From a virus (taxonomy: Duplodnaviria > Caudoviricetes): 60,979 nt of DNA. The notes under the pieces were generated by a model, which searched no databases, was not told the origin of the DNA, and saw only the letters and a program-made list of their open reading frames with translations. Location of the stretch: IMG/VR virus record IMGVR_UViG_3300042301_000931, positions 1 to 60,979 of that record; one strand, 5' to 3'. The translations under genes were made by a program, and so were the position numbers. Shown here piece after piece: positions 54,892 through 60,979 of the stretch (its first letter is position 1; every line of letters begins with the position of its first letter).

Positions 54892-56982
54892 TTAAACACC
54901 ATTTGGTCTTGGGGACATCATATTGCCCTCGCGACCGCCTACCTGACTTCCGTCAGGCAACATATTCTTTGGTGCGGGGCCCTGAGTCATACCACCCGGT
55001 GCCATACCCGCATTCTGAATCTCACCCATGATCGCTGCCAACTGTTCTTGCAATTGAGCGATGGTCTGCTGTTGTTGCTGTACAACACTGAGTTGCTGAC
55101 GATCAGGAACGATGCGATCCACATTGCCGCTCAAGTTCTTAGCTTGGTCACGGAGCAACTCTGCAGTGCCGTCCATACCGACGATCTGCTGAGCCACTGG
55201 GCTGTTGAGCACAACCTGCAGGAACTCGTTACGACGAACAGCTTCAGCTTCTTTAATCACGAGGCTAGTCGCGCCAGTAGCTACGATGTTCACATCGCCG
55301 ATCAAGTCAGGGTCTTTGCTGTAACGCAAGTTGTCTTGGTACAAGCGCTCGATGGCTGGCGTGATGACGTTCTTGTCGATGTTGCTGATAACCTGCTTGA
55401 TACCCTTACCGGCGTTTGAGATCAACATGGACAGACCAGACGATGTACGTCCTGCGCCCGGTGTGTTCTCACCCGTCATGTAACGAGGGATCATCGTGTC
55501 TTCGTCAGCGCGTGCAGAGAATTTCTCAAACACAGCCATCAACTCGTTGGCGTTGCTGTTAGGCTGGAAGAATGTAATAGGCGGAGAGTTGTCACCGTAG
55601 TCAGAAGACGAGAACTGCCAAATCTTCCAAGGGTGCATGTCAGAGATGTCTTCGCCTGCGGGCAAGCGTGAGATGTTAATTCCAACCTGTGGGCCAGAGC
55701 TAATACCCATGTTATTCGCCAGTGCGCGGCCAGATGCGTTCACCATAGCCTGTGCGTCACGGCACAAGTCAGTCACGCCTTTACCGTCAACAGAACCGGG
55801 GAGGTTCTCATAGCTTGTGAGGTAGTAAGGCTTGCGACCGAGGGGATCGTAGTTCAGAACAGCACGAATCACAACGTTACCAATAAGCCACACTTCGCAT
55901 GGATAGCTCAGAGCTGGATCAGGAATCTCTTTCTCAGTCAGGCCCCACTCGAGGAGCAAGCTACCCTTGACAGAGTCCCACAGCTGCAGTGCATCAACCA
56001 AGTCGCCGGTGATGGAACTCTCGGTAACGTCTTTACCTTCAGCTTCGGCTTTCGATGAGTCAGACCACAACCACTGCTTCATGCCCATTGTGCCGAAGTC
56101 GTTCAGGATTGTACGAATAGCGTCATTGTTGTAACCGGGCACATCGATGAGGGCCTGCAGTGCTTCAGCTGTTAAGCGATGACGCTCGATGACGTAACCA
56201 TCGCCTAAGTCCCACGACCATGGAGCCCAATACAACATGAACGGGTCAACGCGCTCCCACTCGTTGCGAATCTCTTCAACAGGAACCAGTGCGCCGTTCT
56301 GCCACTTCAGAGTTTTGCGCTTGCGTTTGATCGGGCCCTTGAGCACGGCGTATGGGAACGTGACGATGTCATCCAAGAATTCGTTGAACGCTTTATACCA
56401 ACCGCCCTCGAGCAACTGGTCTTCCATCTTGCGTTCCATGCGGCTAACACGGTCTGCGGATTGCTCACGCATCTCACGCTCAGCTTCGTCTTTCATCTGA
56501 AGCGCCATCGTGCGCAACTCTGAGGGACTAGGCTGCATGCCGCCCTGCTGTATGTGAACCATCAACTCGTTGGCCAATCGTGCCTGCAATTCCTGCATGA
56601 TCTCCGGAGGCATGTCAGGGTTCGGCGTTCCAGCAATCGCCCAAGGCTTGTCAGAACCAGAACCTAACAACGTATCACGCAGCCAGCTTGTCGCTGCGCG
56701 GCACTTAACTGAGGTCAGGTTGATATAAATATCGGAGCCGCCCTGCTCTCTGATTTCCTGCAATTTCTCAGGGTCATACTCGCCGTTACGCTGGCGCAGG
56801 CACTGCAGCATGCGTTCTTCCAACGTTCGTTTCGCGGTGCGAGCGCTGTCCCATCGAGTGCGGACGTGCGCAGCCAAGCCCTGAATCACGGGCTGGTTCT
56901 GCATAGAATCACTACGCTTTTTAGATTCCGCCTCAAGGTCACTTGCGCGGGCAACTGGAATGAGAGCAATACCTGTAGCCAT
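54892..56982 (-). CDS. Portal protein
   Basis: 696 aa after TerL; GRTSSGLSML...IKQVISNID. Confidence 0.85.
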   Translation of the reverse strand: MATGIALIPVARASDLEAESKKRSDSMQNQPVIQGLAAHVRTRWDSARTAKRTLEERMLQCLRQRNGEYDPEKLQEIREQGGSDIYINLTSVKCRAATSWLRDTLLGSGSDKPWAIAGTPNPDMPPEIMQELQARLANELMVHIQQGGMQPSPSELRTMALQMKDEAEREMREQSADRVSRMERKMEDQLLEGGWYKAFNEFLDDIVTFPYAVLKGPIKRKRKTLKWQNGALVPVEEIRNEWERVDPFMLYWAPWSWDLGDGYVIERHRLTAEALQALIDVPGYNNDAIRTILNDFGTMGMKQWLWSDSSKAEAEGKDVTESSITGDLVDALQLWDSVKGSLLLEWGLTEKEIPDPALSYPCEVWLIGNVVIRAVLNYDPLGRKPYYLTSYENLPGSVDGKGVTDLCRDAQAMVNASGRALANNMGISSGPQVGINISRLPAGEDISDMHPWKIWQFSSSDYGDNSPPITFFQPNSNANELMAVFEKFSARADEDTMIPRYMTGENTPGAGRTSSGLSMLISNAGKGIKQVISNIDKNVITPAIERLYQDNLRYSKDPDLIGDVNIVATGATSLVIKEAEAVRRNEFLQVVLNSPVAQQIVGMDGTAELLRDQAKNLSGNVDRIVPDRQQLSVVQQQQQTIAQLQEQLAAIMGEIQNAGMAPGGMTQGPAPKNMLPDGSQVGGREGNMMSPRPNGV

Positions 56983-57030
56983 CAGTCGTCCTTAAATAGT
57001 TACCGCATTGTACGCTGCCGTGTCAAGCGG

Positions 57031-58476
57031 TCAAGTGTATGCGTATCGCATTTTTTTCACTTCACGACGTTTAGCCTCAAGTCCCAGCCCTCTGATATTC
57101 ATGTCGATGACTGACGCCCCGTACTGCAGCGCGTCGTGGATGTGGCTCGACTCGTTCTTGTCAGGGCTGTCCTCCATCTCACCGTTTTTCTTCACCTTGT
57201 ACCGGTAGCCAGAGCGAAAACCTTTTATCAGTGAGGAACAACGCGGGTCTATGAGGAACATCGCCTTACCCTCGAGCTGCTTAGACAGCAATCTTTCCAC
57301 AGCCTCAATGCGCAGGTCTGGCTTGTTTGTCGGCGGCTTCACGCACTTAAACCCCGCGTTTTTCAGCGCGTCCACGAGCGTCATCTCATTGAGCTGCTGC
57401 TTCATAAATCCTGCTGGGTCAGGCGCTGCCACGAACTGATACCCCGGGTATGTGTTGGAAATATGCGGCTGCAGGCGTGTGGTGATAAACGTCTCGATGC
57501 CCATGTTCTCGCTGGTGAGCTCTGAGAGCACCAGTACCCGACCACGCGGGTCACGCTGCATGAACACTGCCGCGGGTGTGCGGCCAAAGTCAATCCCGAT
57601 GGTGATGGGGTAGTCCGAGTTCTGTATAGGACGCAAGTTATCCTTGGCCACGTGGAAGTCCTGCGTGAACGTCTTCTGATACACCGGCGTGCCGGACAGA
57701 GACCGACCCCACTTACCGTGCACGTACACGTCTACCCAGTCCTCGCTCTTACCCTCGCACAAATCCTCGTAGTAGTTCGATGGCAAGTGTTGCACCCAGT
57801 CCGCCTCTTCAGACAGACCCGAGGGCTGTATGGTCACGTGAACTTTCTCAGGGTCAGCGTTGGTGAGATACTGCTCCCAGTGTGCGTCCATGTCCGGCGG
57901 GTTAGTCGCACCCCACACTTTCTTAACCTGTTTACCGGTGTCGTCCACGCAACCCTGCACGGCGTTGCCCTTCTCGTCGACCCCCCACTGCGGGCGGTGC
58001 GGAACCATCATCCCGTTGGGATACCGGCCCAGACGACCAGTCAGCGCGTCGAACACATCCGAGTTAATCTCACGCACCTCGTCCACCATGGCGAACGAAA
58101 GTTGCAGTGACAAGAGACGTCGCACGTCGTTGGCGTCATCCAAACCCCTGAACAGCACGTCGCACTCGACGTCGTCGAAGCGAAGCGTGAAGCGCAGCTC
58201 CGTGCGGTGGTACACCCCAGCCTGCCCCTCGGGGAACAGCCCCAAGAAATCCTTAATGGTCGAGTCCAGCAACATCTGACGCGTGTTACGTACCACTGCA
58301 CATCTGGAGCGCCTAATACCGTCCGCGCATGCTGCGACCTTGCGAGCCTCGATGGGAATCTTCATCAAGGACGCGGTTGTCTTTGTCGAACCTACTGGCC
58401 CAACAATGAACGATTGGAATTTTTCTGAGAGGAGGTATGGCGTTACGGACTTTACGGGGGTGTAATTAACGCTCAT
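57031..58476 (-). CDS. terL: Terminase large subunit
   Basis: Walker A GPVGSTKT, Walker B MVDE, ATNPP, nuclease GIDFG and HIHDALQY. Confidence 0.9.
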   Translation of the reverse strand: MSVNYTPVKSVTPYLLSEKFQSFIVGPVGSTKTTASLMKIPIEARKVAACADGIRRSRCAVVRNTRQMLLDSTIKDFLGLFPEGQAGVYHRTELRFTLRFDDVECDVLFRGLDDANDVRRLLSLQLSFAMVDEVREINSDVFDALTGRLGRYPNGMMVPHRPQWGVDEKGNAVQGCVDDTGKQVKKVWGATNPPDMDAHWEQYLTNADPEKVHVTIQPSGLSEEADWVQHLPSNYYEDLCEGKSEDWVDVYVHGKWGRSLSGTPVYQKTFTQDFHVAKDNLRPIQNSDYPITIGIDFGRTPAAVFMQRDPRGRVLVLSELTSENMGIETFITTRLQPHISNTYPGYQFVAAPDPAGFMKQQLNEMTLVDALKNAGFKCVKPPTNKPDLRIEAVERLLSKQLEGKAMFLIDPRCSSLIKGFRSGYRYKVKKNGEMEDSPDKNESSHIHDALQYGASVIDMNIRGLGLEAKRREVKKMRYAYT

Positions 58477-59027
58477 AAGTAGTCGTCCCCTGCGTATTCG
58501 TAATTTTCGTCTTCAAGCAAAATTACCGTCGGTTTTTGCACATTTTCTGCAATTTTGAGGGTTTTTTCGTCGACATCTGACGTTTCCGCCTCCAAAACGA
58601 TGGTTTGTGGTGCCGAATTTGCAGTGTTTGGCAGGTTAATTGTGATCGAAAAACCGGGGCCTGCAGTCGAAATTGCACTGTTTTTAGGCTTCAATTCACC
58701 CCATTCGACCAGATTTTCGATGATTTTTACCCTAACTGCAGCAGGAATGTCGGGGTCTTTGACCATATGGTACGCATTAGGGAGCAAATCTTCAGCAAGG
58801 ATGCGTGCTTTCGCAGCAAATGAGAACCCATTGTCCTGCATTTCCTTGGTGTAGCTGTCCACATACCTCTTGAACTGTGGGTTCACAGAGATTGCATCAT
58901 ATTCTGGTTGCGTCAAGCCTTCACCTGCAAGAATCTCAGCGATCGGGCGCATGGCCCCCACGTTATTCCTAGCTATGGCAAGTGCAAGTTCGCGCAACAC
59001 CTGATCGGCGTTGATTGAATTGTTCAT
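58473..59027 (-). CDS. Terminase small subunit (probable)
   Basis: Directly upstream of and overlapping TerL; GFSITINL C-terminal strand. Confidence 0.6.
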   Translation of the reverse strand: MNNSINADQVLRELALAIARNNVGAMRPIAEILAGEGLTQPEYDAISVNPQFKRYVDSYTKEMQDNGFSFAAKARILAEDLLPNAYHMVKDPDIPAAVRVKIIENLVEWGELKPKNSAISTAGPGFSITINLPNTANSAPQTIVLEAETSDVDEKTLKIAENVQKPTVILLEDENYEYAGDDYL

Positions 59028-59409
59028 GGGCGGAATGTAACATGAATGCTGGCGGCTAGGAACCCCCAACCCGACGCGGTGCTCGAAAGTGTCTCCGAAC
59101 CCTGTGCGCTTAACCAGCCGGGATATTGTATATGTATTTGGAAATAAAAAATAGGTATAAAATTTTTGTGGTGAGTATGTTGTGTGGATGGGGTAACTTA
59201 AAAAATTGGCCTTGTTCTGAGAGACACGGATAAGGCTGGGGTATGGGTGGGGGTGGGTCGGGGGGCCTGTGGGGGGTGGCTACTACTATCACTCAATCCT
59301 CCAGAATTAAGGGTCAAACCCACAATTAAATGGCAAAACCCCTTATAATTTCCCCATGGGCGAAAGAGACCAAACGAAATTTAACTCATTTACTTAAAGG
59401 AATTTAATC

Positions 59410-59925
59410 ATGGCTAGAATTGCAAAACCCGTTTCATTCGCACGCGCTATCACTGAAAAGCGCGAAGCAATCGCAGAAAAGCGCAAAGATTTGGCTGAGT
59501 TGCAAGCGCAAGCAAAAGAGTTTTCCACTGCTTATGCTGTGGTTAACGCGGTAATTGAAAGCGCGCAGGCCATCGGCTTTGCAAAGCATTTTCGCGCAAC
59601 CCCTTCCACATGGACTGGATGGTCTGGCAAAACTCGCAATGAGTTGGCCGTCACAATTGAGGACACTGCAACTTCACTGAAAGATGGCGCAGTCCCTGCT
59701 TTGCTCGAAGCCATCAGCACATTCGGCTTCGAAGCCATCGGTTCTCATGATTATGCGCTCGAATGGTGCGCGTCTCGCGTTTACCGCTTCACAGCGACAA
59801 TCGGTTCCGTTGACGTCACAGTCCGCGTGGAAGCCAACATCGCTGATGGCTCAGAATCTTGCAAAAAGGTTCAGACCGGAGTGAAGCTCGAAGAGGTCGC
59901 GCAATATGAAATCGTGTGCTCTTGA
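59410..59925 (+). CDS. Hypothetical early protein
   Basis: AAGGA RBS; first gene of the rightward arm. Confidence 0.8.
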   Translation: MARIAKPVSFARAITEKREAIAEKRKDLAELQAQAKEFSTAYAVVNAVIESAQAIGFAKHFRATPSTWTGWSGKTRNELAVTIEDTATSLKDGAVPALLEAISTFGFEAIGSHDYALEWCASRVYRFTATIGSVDVTVRVEANIADGSESCKKVQTGVKLEEVAQYEIVCS

Positions 59926-60001
59926 CATCTTGAGCGCAGTCGCGGTGGGCCTCGCGCTCACCGCGCTAGCACTACATTATTTTGACGTCCTGTTCTTCTG
60001 A
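59906..60001 (+). CDS. Small membrane peptide (31 aa)
   Basis: GAGG upstream; MKSCALDILSAVAVGLALTALALHYFDVLFF; ends just before a terminator. Confidence 0.55.
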   Translation: MKSCALDILSAVAVGLALTALALHYFDVLFF

Positions 60002-60006
60002 ACCCG

Positions 60007-60029
60007 AACCCGCGAAAGCGGGTTTTTTT
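60007..60029 (+). terminator. Intrinsic terminator
   Basis: AACCCGC-GAAA-GCGGGTT followed by a T run. Confidence 0.88.
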
Positions 60030-60164
60030 CGCCAAAAACTATCACTACTATCATCTTTTGGGGTTGACAGCGGGGCTAAGTTAGCCTCCACTAACATTCC
60101 GGTATGCGACGCACGACGCACGACGAACGATGTATGGGCCCGACTACTATCACATCTTTTTGCT

Positions 60165-60180
60165 TAATCCCGCGGGATTA
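60165..60180. repeat. 16-bp perfect palindrome TAATCCCGCGGGATTA
   Basis: Read directly; just upstream of a putative promoter. Confidence 0.95.
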
Positions 60181-60192
60181 GCGGTCTTGTGG

Positions 60193-60220
60193 TGGACATG
60201 TTGTCCAGTTGTGGTATACT
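60193..60220 (+). promoter_or_regulatory. Putative sigma70 promoter
   Basis: TGGACA-16 bp-TATACT with TG extension. Confidence 0.55.
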
Positions 60221-60289
60221 TGACGCATGTCAATTGAGACATGACCGGCTTAGCGGTTTTTCTAAGTGGTTTATTGAATGGAGGCTCAC

Positions 60290-60934
60290 ATGAGCAAAGC
60301 AAAAAAAGCCGCCACTGTTACAGTGGCAACCCGTGACGCGGCAATCGGCACACTTATCAATGAAGCCGGTCAAGCCGCCCAAAGCATGCTTGCCAAGTGC
60401 AAAGAAGCCGCGGCAAAAGCCGCCCAACAGTTAGATTCTACGAAACCCATGGGTCAACGAATCGCGAATGTTGTGGCACTTTATGCGGCAGATTTTCAAG
60501 CCGCGGGGCACAATGTAAAATCATTGTTCGTTGACGCGTTGACACTTCACGCGGGTAGCACTTGCCATGTTATGGTTAACACCATTGGCAAAGATGGCAA
60601 AAAAGTGGATACACCAGTAACGGCGGCGGAGGCGGTCAACATGCCAAAGCATGCAATGAAGGACGCGGCAAAACAAGTGCGCGAAACGCATGGTATTGGG
60701 CGCAAAGCCGGAGGCGGCTCAAAACCCAAAGCCGCGGCAACACCCGCGGCACCCGCGGCACCCGATATGGTCAAAACCGAAACTGACAAGTTTTCATTGT
60801 GGCTTGATGATCTTGAGGGTTATTTCAAAGATGCGGTTTTTCACCCGCGCATTGTGGCTCACTTGATAACCCTAGGTTATTCGGTCAACAAAGCCGCGAA
60901 GGGCAAAACCGTCAAGGGTGCCGCCTCAATTTAA
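60290..60934 (+). CDS. Ala/Lys-rich hypothetical early protein
   Basis: GGAGG RBS; has its own promoter and terminator. Confidence 0.8.
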   Translation: MSKAKKAATVTVATRDAAIGTLINEAGQAAQSMLAKCKEAAAKAAQQLDSTKPMGQRIANVVALYAADFQAAGHNVKSLFVDALTLHAGSTCHVMVNTIGKDGKKVDTPVTAAEAVNMPKHAMKDAAKQVRETHGIGRKAGGGSKPKAAATPAAPAAPDMVKTETDKFSLWLDDLEGYFKDAVFHPRIVAHLITLGYSVNKAAKGKTVKGAASI

Positions 60935-60979
60935 CCAACCGGTAAACCGGCCAAGCCCCCGCAAGGGGGCTTTTTTTTT
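60853..60979. repeat. Terminal direct repeat, identical to 1-127
   Basis: Exact match to the window start. Confidence 0.95.

Noticed and set aside
59048-59120. Possible structured RNA or ribozyme upstream of terS (GCTGG...CCAGC closing stem)
   Set aside because: The inner pairing is weak and I could not match it to a known family; an Infernal/Rfam search and covariation analysis would be needed
59321-59349. Promoter for the 59410 gene
   Set aside because: TATAAT is present at 59344 but there is no credible -35 at the right spacing and no TG extension, so it was not called

Overview
The window is one complete, circularly assembled dsDNA tailed-phage genome of about 60,852 bp; bases 1-127 repeat exactly at 60853-60979. 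The gene set is podovirus-like, and embedded spanins point to a Gram-negative host. There are two divergent arms. The + strand (from ~59410 across the junction to ~21231) carries early hypothetical genes, an AAA+ ATPase plus HExxH/vWA pair, glutaredoxin, family A DNA polymerase, PD-(D/E)XK and VRR-NUC nucleases, SNF2 helicase, a probable SSB, primase-helicase and an HNH endonuclease. The - strand (~59027 down to ~21232) carries terminase, portal, scaffold, major capsid, adaptors, two large tail fibres, a lysis cassette and ejection proteins, including a 2257-aa polyvalent protein with ADP-ribosyltransferase-like and HExxH domains. I recognised no integrase, repressor, tRNA, CRISPR array or reverse transcriptase. 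The most striking unexplained structure is in the early region: nine copies of a 16-bp palindrome TAATCCC-RY-GGGATTA, mostly at gene boundaries; repeated promoter/stem-loop/palindrome/RBS cassettes; an inverted pair of IHF-consensus sites around an AT-rich iterated segment; and an ~11.6 kb stretch where I found no GCWGC although the motif is frequent in the late genes. All functional calls come from motif recognition by eye; no database search was run.
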